A stretch of 64,000 nt of DNA from Nitrosarchaeum sp. (GCA_965223865.1 OZ245020.1:64001-128000), one strand, 5' to 3'. Counted from the first letter of the stretch, positions 1 through 10,170 are shown. The notes: generated by a model not told the origin, from the letters alone. Program-made: numbers and translations.

Positions 1-1
1 A

Positions 2-598
2 TTTGGGGCATTTATACAATCAAGAGGTTTGACAATTAATCGAGAAATTTTATTTGATGTAGCTATCGCTGGACCAATTGCGGGTCTTGTTATTGCTATT
101 ATTGTTTCAATTTATGGGGCATATACTGCTCCAATTTTAGAAGAAGATGTTGCAAGAGGCTTGTTTGCAGAATCAAGGTTGATTGAATGGAATCAAGGAG
201 AACCACTTCTTATGACTGCAAGTTTAGCTATGTTTGGAAAAGGTGAGGAAGGTCATGAGGTGATAATGACTCCTGTTTTATTTGCAGCATGGATTGGATT
301 TTTAATTACATTTCTTAATTTACTTCCAGCATGGCAACTTGATGGTGGTCATATGGCAAGAACACTTCTTGGTCCGAAATTACATAGATATGCAACTTTT
401 GGAAGTATGGCGATTCTAGTTCTGCTAGGTTATTGGTTAATGGCAATGTTGATTCTAGTATTAAGTACAAGAAATCCAAGTGCAAACCCTCTAGATGACG
501 TATCACCATTATCAAAAAATCGGAAAATAGTATATATTGGAATTATAATACTTGCATTTTTATGTGCACCACTACCATCTAACTTTTTACCTCAATAA
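2..598 (+). CDS. Site-2 protease / peptidase M50 family (5' end outside window)
   Basis: AIAGP and NLLPAWQLDGGH motifs of M50 proteases; the frame is open to the window edge (FGAFIQSRG...). Confidence 0.9.
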   Translation, partial: FGAFIQSRGLTINREILFDVAIAGPIAGLVIAIIVSIYGAYTAPILEEDVARGLFAESRLIEWNQGEPLLMTASLAMFGKGEEGHEVIMTPVLFAAWIGFLITFLNLLPAWQLDGGHMARTLLGPKLHRYATFGSMAILVLLGYWLMAMLILVLSTRNPSANPLDDVSPLSKNRKIVYIGIIILAFLCAPLPSNFLPQ

Positions 599-1669
599 CA
601 ATCGTCCACCATCAGTCACAACAGCAACTTTTTGTTTTAGACCTTGTGTTTTTAGAATATAGTCCATAGCATGTTTTATGCCAGAAAGAGAAATGATGTT
701 TAATTTTTTTGCATAAAATTCTGGAAGAATTGAAATTAATCCAATTTGAAATTTCTTTTGAATTTCTGACAAGAACAACAAATCTTCCATGCCACTAACA
801 TATTTTGTAGGGTTTCTTAATTGTTCAATACTTAATCTACCTTCAATGTATTGTTGAATTGCCTCTGAACCCAACCCTGCCTTGCATTCTGCAACAAGAA
901 CAGCAAGGCCCTCTTTTTTAATTGCTCCAGCACAATTCCAGAGAGAAGAAAGAGACTTTCCCAGATTATCATTGCTTGCATCCTTTCCTGTGCTAATTAT
1001 CATTGATTTGTGCTCTCCAACATCTTTGATTCCAAATGATTCTAGAGTTTTTGTAACAATAGCTGTTTGTGATGGATGGCCAATTGTAAAATCAACAATA
1101 CCCTTTGAATTTGCAATAATTTCTATTCCTTGAATTTCAAAATTGTCTACAAATTTTTTTGCTTCATCAAAACTTTTAGTTGGTTGTCCTGGTGAAGGAA
1201 GGTTTTCTTTTCTATTGGCATATGCTGATAGCATATAATCCTGACCAAATTTTTTGATAAGACGTGTAGCAATTGTTTCATAGCCGAAAAGACCATCAAA
1301 TTCAACTTCGCCCAAAAAGACCAAATTAGAATTTGAAAGGTTTGCATTATCAAATTCATTGATAGAACTACCTTCGGGTAAACCGCCCTTTATCAAATTT
1401 ATGATTTTTTTCTCTGCAAAAATCTTTGGAAATGGTTTTGATTTTTGTTCACATATTGTAAATAAAGATGAAATGATTTTTTGAACAGATTTTGAATTGT
1501 GTAAAACAACCAATTCCATTTGTTTGTTAAAATCAATAGAATTAATCTTCTCATTGATCTTATCATCTTCAAGAGTTTTACTATCAGAATCAATTTTCTG
1601 GTCCAGATTCTCTGCTTTTATGTCCAAAACAACCTCAGTAATACCATAATTTAACCAAATTTCAGGCAT
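587..1669 (-). CDS. LarA/DUF2088-like (lactate racemase fold) protein, degenerate active site
   Basis: N-terminal LNYG and C-terminal KKEGLAVLVAECKAGLG / VAVVTDG resemble LarA; catalytic positions not conserved. Confidence 0.6.
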   Translation of the reverse strand: MPEIWLNYGITEVVLDIKAENLDQKIDSDSKTLEDDKINEKINSIDFNKQMELVVLHNSKSVQKIISSLFTICEQKSKPFPKIFAEKKIINLIKGGLPEGSSINEFDNANLSNSNLVFLGEVEFDGLFGYETIATRLIKKFGQDYMLSAYANRKENLPSPGQPTKSFDEAKKFVDNFEIQGIEIIANSKGIVDFTIGHPSQTAIVTKTLESFGIKDVGEHKSMIISTGKDASNDNLGKSLSSLWNCAGAIKKEGLAVLVAECKAGLGSEAIQQYIEGRLSIEQLRNPTKYVSGMEDLLFLSEIQKKFQIGLISILPEFYAKKLNIISLSGIKHAMDYILKTQGLKQKVAVVTDGGRLLLR

Positions 1670-1719
1670 GATTCATAGTCAATACAAACCAAAATAAATC
1701 CAGTGTAGTTAATTTTGAT

Positions 1720-2325
1720 ATGGAATTTGTGAAAGAGTTTGCAATGTTTTTGCATCAAAATAAAATTATTAAATTTGGAGATTTTACTCTGGCAAGTGGC
1801 AAAAAAAGCTCATACTATGTTGATTTAAGGCTAGTTCCTAGCTTTCCCCACGAATTTAGAACAATGATCAAGTTTCTTCAAAATGATATTACAGAAAGAA
1901 TAGGATTAGACAATTTTGATTCGATAGTATCTGTTCCTACAGGAGGTTTAGTTATAGCTTCAGCACTTGCAATTGAGACAATAAAACCACTAATCTATGT
2001 TAGGAGTAAACCAAAAGATTATGGTACATCAAAGTCAGTAGAGGGTAAAATCCAGGAAGGAATGAAAGTGCTTATGATAGATGATGTGGCAACGACTGGG
2101 GGTTCGGTTTTAAATGCAATAAAATCCCTTAAAGAAGCAAAAATCAATGTTAAAGATGCATATGTAATTGTAAACAGAATGGAAGGTGCAGATAAAGCTC
2201 TTAAAGAACAAGGAGTAAATCTACACTCTATTTCAAATGTAATACAAATCACTCAAGCACTTTATGATCAGAATCTTGTTGATGATAAAGTATTACAAAA
2301 AGTGAAAAACCAAATAGGAAATTAA
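1720..2325 (+). CDS. pyrE: Orotate phosphoribosyltransferase
   Basis: FGDFTLASGKKSSYYVDLR; PRPP motif IDDVATTGGS. Confidence 0.97.
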   Translation: MEFVKEFAMFLHQNKIIKFGDFTLASGKKSSYYVDLRLVPSFPHEFRTMIKFLQNDITERIGLDNFDSIVSVPTGGLVIASALAIETIKPLIYVRSKPKDYGTSKSVEGKIQEGMKVLMIDDVATTGGSVLNAIKSLKEAKINVKDAYVIVNRMEGADKALKEQGVNLHSISNVIQITQALYDQNLVDDKVLQKVKNQIGN

Positions 2326-2436
2326 TTTAGGCAGCTCAGACAAATGCCTTCACATCATCTTTCAGATATAACTCTGATTCTTCATTGCAGCCAGTGAATT
2401 TTGGCTTTGCTCATTTTAAAACTAATGGGAATGATA

Positions 2437-2510
2437 TGGGCCCAAAGGGCTTCGATCCCTTGGCTCACCGGTTATGAGCCGGTTACTCTACCAAGCTGAG
2501 TTATGGGCCC
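2437..2510 (-). tRNA. tRNA with CAT anticodon, most likely tRNA-Ile2(CAU)
   Basis: Reverse complement GGGCCCA...CCGG-CTCATAA-CCGG...TGGGCCC-A folds as a cloverleaf; the GGGCCC acceptor is typical of archaeal tRNA-Ile rather than Met. Confidence 0.9.
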
Positions 2511-2551
2511 TAAGCAGATAAAATTTTTCTGGGCTATAAAATGTTGTGAGC

Positions 2552-3184
2552 TTAACAGTATGCTTCATAACAACTATCAAGCAACAAGTTTTGTGCAGAA
2601 ATGGATTTATCTGCAATTTTAATTAAGTTGTTTTTATCAGTAGATGTATTCTCTAGAATGTGTCTCCATGCTGCAGCATGTCTAATGTCTGCTTCTGTAT
2701 GAAGTTTGAAATATTCTGTAGCATCTTCACTTGAAATGCCATAAAATTTAGCTAGTCCTTCTAGTTTTGTTTGACTAATTTTAGGAATTTCTTTTTCAAA
2801 TGCATACATTGCGCAGGAACCACCTTCATATGTATTCATTAATTCTGACAAGTTAGATACTGCTTGTTGTGTTTTTGAAAGACCCTCATATTGCAATAAC
2901 TCATCTTCTGACACTCCAAGTGAACCAGCAAATTTTATCCAGGGTTGAATATGATCAGATTCTTCTTTTTTGTTTGATACTAATTCGTTGATTTCTGAAT
3001 CTGGTGCTTTTTCAATTATAGGAGTCATAAATTCAGGAACTGCTTTAACAAGCTGAAAATATTCTTTTGAATATCCAATTAAAGATTCAAGAGTTAATTT
3101 TCCATCAGACCACATTTCGTAAAAAGGGTGTTTGAGTAAACTTCTTTCTTCTATCATTTGATCAATTTGTTTTATTAGATTCAT
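2552..3184 (-). CDS. CADD/PqqC-like heme-oxygenase-fold dimetal oxidase
   Basis: HPFY, EESDH, YAFE, SQTK and HTEADIRH match the CADD (CT610) metal ligands and substrate residues. Confidence 0.85.
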   Translation of the reverse strand: MNLIKQIDQMIEERSLLKHPFYEMWSDGKLTLESLIGYSKEYFQLVKAVPEFMTPIIEKAPDSEINELVSNKKEESDHIQPWIKFAGSLGVSEDELLQYEGLSKTQQAVSNLSELMNTYEGGSCAMYAFEKEIPKISQTKLEGLAKFYGISSEDATEYFKLHTEADIRHAAAWRHILENTSTDKNNLIKIADKSISAQNLLLDSCYEAYC

Positions 3185-3263
3185 GTCACAACTCCTTATC
3201 AGCCAATAAAAAATCTTTGTGGTTTACAAAAGATTTTATGGACAAAATATAGAATTTGATTGG

Positions 3264-3357
3264 GTTCCAGTGGTGTAGACCGGTCAAGCATACTGCCCTT
3301 TCAAGGCAGTGATCCCGGGTTCAAAATCTAACGATGAAAATCCCGGCTGGAGCACCA
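3264..3357 (+). tRNA. tRNA-Glu(TTC) with a 15-nt non-canonical intron (3326-3340, position 59/60); CCA encoded
   Basis: Acceptor GTTCCAG/CTGGAGC; anticodon arm CTGCC-CTTTCAA-GGCAG; 22-nt T-loop forming a BHB motif. Confidence 0.93.
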
Positions 3358-3398
3358 AGATTTAATTACTAATAACAAAGTTTTTTGAATAGGCTATC

Positions 3399-4250
3399 TT
3401 GGACAGGAAAAATATAGAGATTAATCCTTTACTTGAAACCTATGGAAATTACATTAGGCAAATTGATCAGGCATTAGATAAGGAATTATCATTATATTCA
3501 GAATCAGAGTTTATTGAGCCAGTAAAGTATTCCTTGGATGGAGGAAAAAGGATCAGACCAATAATTTTAGTTCTTGCAGCAGAAAGTGTTGGAAAGATAG
3601 ATGAAAATACATTAGCAGCATCATGCGCAATAGAATTTTTGCATATGGAGTCAATTATCCATGATGACATTATTGATAATGAGACAATGCGAAGACAAAA
3701 AGATCCATTTCACATAAAATATGGGTACAATACTAGCATACTAACAGGAGATTTTGTTTTAGGGCTAATTCTTGCAATTTCATCAAGACTAAATAATGCT
3801 AGAATTACAAAAGACTTGGCAACAACTGCCATGTTAATGAGTGAAGGAGAGATGATTGAAGGCAGGCTGGAGTCAAGTGAAGATGTAACTTTTGATGATT
3901 ATCTCAAAGTAATTGAATATAAAACTGCAACTGCTTTTGAGGTTGCAGCAAGGATTGGTGCAATTATTGCAAATGGCACAGAAGAGCAAATTGAAGCTCT
4001 AACAGAATATGGTAGAAATATTGGAATTGCTTATCAAATTAGAGATGATTTGCTTGACTGGAAAAATGAAGACAAGTTGTTTAATTTTCTAATAAAGAAG
4101 AGTTCTGATCCGCGAGATGTTTTTAACAAGATGGAAGATCTTTTAAAAGAATACTCAGAGAAAGCAAGAGCAGCATTAAGAAAAATTCCAGACACTGAAT
4201 CCAAAATAAATCTAGAAAATCTGATTAAATTTACAAACTTTAAGGCATAA
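3399..4250 (+). CDS. Polyprenyl (isoprenyl diphosphate) synthetase
   Basis: GGKRIRP, FARM HDDIID..RR, YKT, SARM QIRDDLLD. Confidence 0.93.
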   Translation: MDRKNIEINPLLETYGNYIRQIDQALDKELSLYSESEFIEPVKYSLDGGKRIRPIILVLAAESVGKIDENTLAASCAIEFLHMESIIHDDIIDNETMRRQKDPFHIKYGYNTSILTGDFVLGLILAISSRLNNARITKDLATTAMLMSEGEMIEGRLESSEDVTFDDYLKVIEYKTATAFEVAARIGAIIANGTEEQIEALTEYGRNIGIAYQIRDDLLDWKNEDKLFNFLIKKSSDPRDVFNKMEDLLKEYSEKARAALRKIPDTESKINLENLIKFTNFKA

Positions 4251-5724
4251 CGCCTAAACTAATTGTTGGTGAAGCCATTTCAACGAATTTAATAATTGGG
4301 TCTGGATATACACCTAGTGCAACCATAAATATTATTGAGAATACCATTACTGCAATTACTGATTTTGGTTCTGAAACTCTTTTTTCAGTTTCTCCTTCAA
4401 AATACATTTTTCTCATAATCCAACCATAGTAAGCTAATGATAAAGCACTGTTAAGAACTCCTGCAATTGCAAGCCATGGTGCCCATGATAAAGCAGAGCT
4501 AGCATCTAATGCACCACCAAAGAGCATAAGTTTACTCCAGAATCCATTAAGTGGAGGAACACCTGCAAGTGCCAAAAGTGAGATTACTAATCCAAGTGAA
4601 GTGATTGGCATTCTTCTTCCTAATCCTTTTAGTTTGTCAAGGTTAGTTACAGCCAAAGTTGTAACAATACCACCTACTGCAATGAATGCAGCGCCTTTCA
4701 TTACGGCGTGATTGAGAACATGATACATTGATCCCTGTATTCCCATAGTAGAGAAAGGTGCAACAGCAAGGCCAATCAAAATGTATCCGGCATGCCCAAT
4801 ACTAGAGTAGGCAAGCATTCTTGATAGATTCTTTTGCATGATTGCTGCTATATTACCAATTGTCATTGTCATTATGGCAATGATTCCTAACGCTAGAGTC
4901 CAGTCTAGATTTAGTGCAACCATTCCTAGGACGATTATTCTAATTGCTGCTGCAAATCCTGCTTTCTTTGTACCGGCTGCAAGGAGGGTAGTGATAGGAG
5001 ATGGGGCTCCTTCATATGTATCTGGTAGCCACATATGGAATGGAACCAATCCCATCTTGAATCCAAAACCTGCAATAAACATTCCAACTGATAGTAATGC
5101 AATTGGAAGCAAAGATGGATCAAGTGTGGAATATCCTTGAATTACCTCACCGATATTAGTAGAGCCAGTTAATCCATATGATAATGAAATGCCATAAACA
5201 ATTATCGCAGAAGATAATGCTCCAAACAAGAAGTACTTTAATGCTGCTTCATTTGAGCTTGGATTCTTTTTCATAAATCCAGCAAGTACATACGTTGGAA
5301 TACTCATCAACTCCCAGGCAACAAACAACATTACAAGGTCAGTGGAATATGCAACAAGCACCATTCCGATTGTTGAAAGTAGAATCAGCGAATAGTATAC
5401 AGCAGGATGATTTTGCTTTCGCATATAATTAAAGGAACCAACCGTTGTGAATATTGCAACAATCAACATTGCTATTGCAAAGAATCCTCCAAAGGTGTCA
5501 TCGACTAGTACATCTTCAGAGAATAATGCTGAAGGTAAAATATGCTCAGTTGTTAATTGGTATGCGACGTATCCAATAGAAACTATTAAAGCTGCAAATG
5601 CAATTACTGCATAAAATGAGTTAGAACCCTTTTCTTTTCTTGCAATACTAATAATTGGTAATATGACTCCAATCACACCAAGGATTGCAACTATGACTAG
5701 TGGGGTTGAGCTAATTTCCAACAT
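4240..5724 (-). CDS. nuoN: Complex I subunit N
   Basis: EAALKYF, FKMGLVPFHMWLPDTYEGAP, LAYSSIGHAGY. Confidence 0.96.
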   Translation of the reverse strand: MLEISSTPLVIVAILGVIGVILPIISIARKEKGSNSFYAVIAFAALIVSIGYVAYQLTTEHILPSALFSEDVLVDDTFGGFFAIAMLIVAIFTTVGSFNYMRKQNHPAVYYSLILLSTIGMVLVAYSTDLVMLFVAWELMSIPTYVLAGFMKKNPSSNEAALKYFLFGALSSAIIVYGISLSYGLTGSTNIGEVIQGYSTLDPSLLPIALLSVGMFIAGFGFKMGLVPFHMWLPDTYEGAPSPITTLLAAGTKKAGFAAAIRIIVLGMVALNLDWTLALGIIAIMTMTIGNIAAIMQKNLSRMLAYSSIGHAGYILIGLAVAPFSTMGIQGSMYHVLNHAVMKGAAFIAVGGIVTTLAVTNLDKLKGLGRRMPITSLGLVISLLALAGVPPLNGFWSKLMLFGGALDASSALSWAPWLAIAGVLNSALSLAYYGWIMRKMYFEGETEKRVSEPKSVIAVMVFSIIFMVALGVYPDPIIKFVEMASPTISLGVMP

Positions 5725-5736
5725 CTCATCATCCTC

Positions 5737-7815
5737 CTATATCAGTAATATCAGGACCACGAATAACAGTCCTGCTCCAAATACGAATAGGTATGACTGT
5801 GCCACACCAGTTTGTGTTCCTTGTACTACTCTGGCTCCCCAACCAACTGCCTTTTGGAATCCATCGTTCATTCCGTAATCAATTGCAGTCTTCTCAAAGT
5901 ATCGGAATAAGCCTCTTGCAATCCATAATGGTGCTACTACAAAGCACCAGTAGATTATTGCATTAAGATACCATCTGCTTAGAATAACTTTGTGAATTGC
6001 ATAAAAGAAAATATTGGAATTAACAAACTTGACAGGATCAACCCATCTGCCAACATAGAAGATATATCCTAATCCAATTCCTATTGAAAATGCTACTAAG
6101 GAAGATCCTAGTGCAACTGGATTAAGTGCATCCAGTGGTGGTGGGAGGAATGATTCTCCTGATTCATGATGAACAGTATGAATACCAAAGGAATGATCAA
6201 GGTATTCAGTAAACAAATGATGAAGTCCACTCTCTGCGGAAAATCCTATTAATCCTATTCCAATGGTTAGAACTGCAAGAATACCATAGGGAACCCACAT
6301 TGATAATGATGCTTCATGAATGTGATGTCCCTCTTCTTCCATCTTCTCAATATGTCTGCTCTTCTTACCAAAGAACACCATTCCCATCATTCTTGTAGTA
6401 TAGAATGTTGTAATTACTGCAGTCAAAACAGCGATTGAATAAAGTGGTAATGCCCATTCACTTCCAGATTCATAAACTGTTGCAAAGATTGCATCCTTGC
6501 TCCAGAAACCTGTTGTAATAAATGGTGCTCCCATCAAGCCAAGGCCTGCAGCCCACATGAATGCATATGTCTTTTTCATGTGCTTTCGTAGGCCACCCAT
6601 GTCTGTCATAAATCTAGAACCAACAATGTGTAACAGTGATCCTGCTGCCATGAAGAGAGATGCTTTGAACATTGCATGAGAAATTAAGTGGAAGAATCCT
6701 GCGGTGTATCCATCGACATATTGTTCTGATAAACCTGCAACACCTAATGCCATCATCATGTAACCAATTTGAGAACCCGTAGAATATGCAAGAACTTTCT
6801 TGATTTCAGGGTTAACCATACCTTGTGTTGCAAGAAGTAGTGCAGTAATTGCGCCAACCCAAGCCACAATCTCAAAGAACTGATCTGCTAGAATTCCTGC
6901 AGCTGCTAATGCAAATACAAGTGGACCGATTCTTGCAACAAGAAATACACCGGCTTTGACCATGGTTGCTGCGTGAATTAATGCAGAAACTGCTGTTGGA
7001 CCAGTCATTGCCTCAAGTAACCATTCGTTGAGTGGGAACTGGGCAGATTTTCCAATGGCACCACCGAATAACAAAACAAATGCAGGTACCAATAATCCCT
7101 GAGCCGACATAGCTGTTGCCCATCCAGTATCACCCATCAATTCTTTAAATCCAAAAGTTCCTGCAAACAAGAAAATCAAAAGCATGCCAGCAATCATCAT
7201 TACATCACCAACTTTGGTCATGATGAAGGCCTTCATACCAGCATGGGTTGGTGCATAATAGTCTAGTAAACCTAGAACAGTGCGTCCCTCTGTACCAACA
7301 TGGTCTTTCTTTTTGTCACGGTACCAAAAGCTGATCAATGCATATGAAGCAAGACCTACTCCTTCCCAACCAAAGAATACTTGGAGTAAGTTATCAGATA
7401 ATACAATTAATTGCATTGAACCAATAAAGAACATCATCCAGAACCAAAACCTTGTAATGTCCTTGTCGCCTTTCATGTAGCCAGTACTGTATATCATAAT
7501 GAGAAATGAAATCCACCCAACTACATTTGCCATAATAACTGAAAGCGGATCAGCTAACACCCCTCCCTTCAAACCAATTGCTTCGATCCACATAACTTGA
7601 TCATGAATTTCATGAGCCTCTAATGCCATTGGCAACAGTGATGCTGCAGAAAGTGCACTCATTAGTGCAAATCCAACTGCAACATATCCAGTTGCGTTTT
7701 TTGATGCTTTTCCTATTCCTGGAATAATTAGTGCTGCAATGAATGGAAGTATCCAAACTAACCAAGCACTTGCTGCACCAACTTCAAATGGCAATCCAAC
7801 AGATTCTGTGGCCAT
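5737..7815 (-). CDS. nuoL: Complex I subunit L
   Basis: GWEGVG, KSAQFPL..WLLEAMTGPT, HAMFKASLF, GFWSKD. Confidence 0.96.
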   Translation of the reverse strand: MATESVGLPFEVGAASAWLVWILPFIAALIIPGIGKASKNATGYVAVGFALMSALSAASLLPMALEAHEIHDQVMWIEAIGLKGGVLADPLSVIMANVVGWISFLIMIYSTGYMKGDKDITRFWFWMMFFIGSMQLIVLSDNLLQVFFGWEGVGLASYALISFWYRDKKKDHVGTEGRTVLGLLDYYAPTHAGMKAFIMTKVGDVMMIAGMLLIFLFAGTFGFKELMGDTGWATAMSAQGLLVPAFVLLFGGAIGKSAQFPLNEWLLEAMTGPTAVSALIHAATMVKAGVFLVARIGPLVFALAAAGILADQFFEIVAWVGAITALLLATQGMVNPEIKKVLAYSTGSQIGYMMMALGVAGLSEQYVDGYTAGFFHLISHAMFKASLFMAAGSLLHIVGSRFMTDMGGLRKHMKKTYAFMWAAGLGLMGAPFITTGFWSKDAIFATVYESGSEWALPLYSIAVLTAVITTFYTTRMMGMVFFGKKSRHIEKMEEEGHHIHEASLSMWVPYGILAVLTIGIGLIGFSAESGLHHLFTEYLDHSFGIHTVHHESGESFLPPPLDALNPVALGSSLVAFSIGIGLGYIFYVGRWVDPVKFVNSNIFFYAIHKVILSRWYLNAIIYWCFVVAPLWIARGLFRYFEKTAIDYGMNDGFQKAVGWGARVVQGTQTGVAQSYLFVFGAGLLFVVLILLI

Positions 7816-7818
7816 ATA

Positions 7819-9372
7819 CTATACTCCTAACACTCCATTCATGTATGGAATTATTTGTTCCAAGAAAATATCTGGATAAATTCCCAGTACTATGGTAAAG
7901 CCTGCAAGAACCATCATTGGTGCTGTCATGTACCAACTTCCTTCCTTTACATTCTCTAGATGTTCTGGCGTTTTTCCAAAGAAGATACGTTTTAGCATCC
8001 ATAGCATGTAAGACATGGTAAGTGCGGTTGCAACCAGTCCAAGTCCAAATGTTACGGCTCTGACAGTTGAGCCTTCTTCGATTGCAGTTTCTAATGCTCC
8101 AAAAAAGAGAATCCATTCACCCATAAATCCACTTGTTGGTGGGACACCCATTATTGTAAGGGCACCAATTACCGCACAGACTGCAGTAATAGGCATCTTG
8201 CCTGCAAGACCTCCAAGTTTTGAAATACTTCTTGTACCTACTTTTACAATTAAAATTCCTGCCATCATGAAGAGAATGCCTTTTCCTAAAGCGTGAGTAA
8301 CATACATCATTTCTGCACCTGCCAATCCAAGAGCAGACATAGAGCCTATACCAAATAGAAGGTAGCCCATCTGACTTATACTGGAATATGCCAATAATCG
8401 TTTGATATCGTCTTGCATTAATGCCATAGCACCACCATAAAGCATGGTAACTAGACCCCAAATGTGGAACCAAATAGATAGATCTGCAAATGTTGCAGGT
8501 AAAAATTCTACAATTAATCTGAAAATACCATATGCGCCAATTCCGATCATTGCAGGTGACAAAAGGGCACTGATTGGTGTCGGTGCGGAACCATGAACCC
8601 ACGGAAGCCAAACATGGAACATAAAGACTGCTAGTTTTACTCCAAGACCTATAGCAATTGCAATAGCAGAAACTAGAACTATATCTTGTGGGATTTCTGA
8701 TTCTTGAATATCAGCGAAGTCAAAGCTACCTACTGTTAGGCCAATCATCAAGAAACCTAATAGTAAAACCACTGCGCCAGCATGTGTCCAGAATAAGAAC
8801 ATAAGGCCAATTTTTCTTCTAGGACCATCGCCCCATAATGCAACTAAAAAGAAACCTGGAATGAGCATTACTTCAAAGAATATATAAAATTCAATCAGGT
8901 TTGTAGCAAGTACGGTTCCAAGCATTCCCATTGCAAAGACAAGATATAGTGCAAAGTAGAGTCCAGATTTTGCATTTACATAATTTGAGAGTGATGATGA
9001 TTCAATAATGGTTGATTGACCTGTAGTTGCTTTGATTTCGTTTTGTTCTTCCTCATATTGTTCATGGAATTTGTGAATCATGTATGGCTTTGAGTAAAGT
9101 GCCAAGATTGTACACAAGACATAAATCATTATTGCAAATGGTGAGGCAAGACCATCCATTAAGAAACCAAACTCTCCAAACTGCTCAGTCCATGGATAGT
9201 GCTCCTCTGTAGTACCATTCATTGCTGCTTGAATAATAATTATTGTAGTATAGAGTAAAATTGCAAATGTAAACCACATTGCGGGATTGGGTCCTGCTTT
9301 TCTACCAATAATGTAGGCGATTGGAGATAAGAGTAAAGGCAAGAAAACTGCCTGCAATAATGCATATTCCAT
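7819..9372 (-). CDS. nuoM: Complex I subunit M
   Basis: FHVWLPWVHGSAP, DIKRLLAYSSISQMG, GFMGE. Confidence 0.96.
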   Translation of the reverse strand: MEYALLQAVFLPLLLSPIAYIIGRKAGPNPAMWFTFAILLYTTIIIIQAAMNGTTEEHYPWTEQFGEFGFLMDGLASPFAIMIYVLCTILALYSKPYMIHKFHEQYEEEQNEIKATTGQSTIIESSSLSNYVNAKSGLYFALYLVFAMGMLGTVLATNLIEFYIFFEVMLIPGFFLVALWGDGPRRKIGLMFLFWTHAGAVVLLLGFLMIGLTVGSFDFADIQESEIPQDIVLVSAIAIAIGLGVKLAVFMFHVWLPWVHGSAPTPISALLSPAMIGIGAYGIFRLIVEFLPATFADLSIWFHIWGLVTMLYGGAMALMQDDIKRLLAYSSISQMGYLLFGIGSMSALGLAGAEMMYVTHALGKGILFMMAGILIVKVGTRSISKLGGLAGKMPITAVCAVIGALTIMGVPPTSGFMGEWILFFGALETAIEEGSTVRAVTFGLGLVATALTMSYMLWMLKRIFFGKTPEHLENVKEGSWYMTAPMMVLAGFTIVLGIYPDIFLEQIIPYMNGVLGV

Positions 9373-9677
9373 TATCCTTTCAAGCTCCTATAGTCTGCGA
9401 TATCGATATTCTGATACATACGATAGGCTACGATTATCAATGACAAGCCTACAGCAACCTCTGCTGCTGCAATTGCAATTGAGAATAAGGCCAATGTTTG
9501 ACCACCACTATGCGGTAAGAATCGTCCAAAGGCAACCATGTTGAGGTTTGCAGCATTGATTACAATTTCTACTGCAAACAACATTCGAATAGCGTTTCTT
9601 TTTACTGAAAGACCATAAATTCCTATTCCTAGAAGGGCAATAGAGACAATTACAAATTCAATCAGTTCGTTGCTCAT
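9372..9677 (-). CDS. nuoK: Complex I subunit K
   Basis: E..INAANL, AAAEVAVG. Confidence 0.96.
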   Translation of the reverse strand: MSNELIEFVIVSIALLGIGIYGLSVKRNAIRMLFAVEIVINAANLNMVAFGRFLPHSGGQTLALFSIAIAAAEVAVGLSLIIVAYRMYQNIDIADYRSLKG

Positions 9678-10170
9678 TTTCTACATCCTCCCTTCTTGCT
9701 AAAACTAGTGCACCTGTAACTGAACCTGCCAAGATTAATGCCATCAAAATCAAAGCTGGCCAATAATATGTTAGAAAGTCTGCACCAATGTCTCTAAAGT
9801 CTACTGCTGGCTCATTAGTGGTAATGGTTTTGATACCAGAATCCAGAATTACTGCACCAAGTCCAACCATTACTACTAACATCAATGCAATACCTGCAAA
9901 CTTTCTTCTCTTATCCTCAACTTTCTTGAAGATAAGCTCTCTTTTTACAAGCATAACTGTAAACAAAATCAAAACTGCAATAGAACCCACATAAACTGCT
10001 AGTTGGAACATTGCGACAAATGGTGAATCTAGCAGTAAGAAGAATCCTGCAACACCGCCAAGTGTTCCCATTAATGCAATAGAACCATAAATCAAAGAAC
10101 GTAATTCAAGTGCTGCAATTGCAGAACCTATTGTAAGAACAGATAGGGCAAGAAAAACAGCATCAGCCAT
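9658..10170 (-). CDS. nuoJ: Complex I subunit J
   Basis: QLAVYVGSIAVLILF; operon position. Confidence 0.94.
   Translation of the reverse strand: MADAVFLALSVLTIGSAIAALELRSLIYGSIALMGTLGGVAGFFLLLDSPFVAMFQLAVYVGSIAVLILFTVMLVKRELIFKKVEDKRRKFAGIALMLVVMVGLGAVILDSGIKTITTNEPAVDFRDIGADFLTYYWPALILMALILAGSVTGALVLARREDVENEQRTD

Noticed and set aside
2322-2414. Minus-strand fragment with Cys-containing pieces between pyrE and the tRNA
   Set aside because: Needs two frameshifts to read as a protein; no recognisable family
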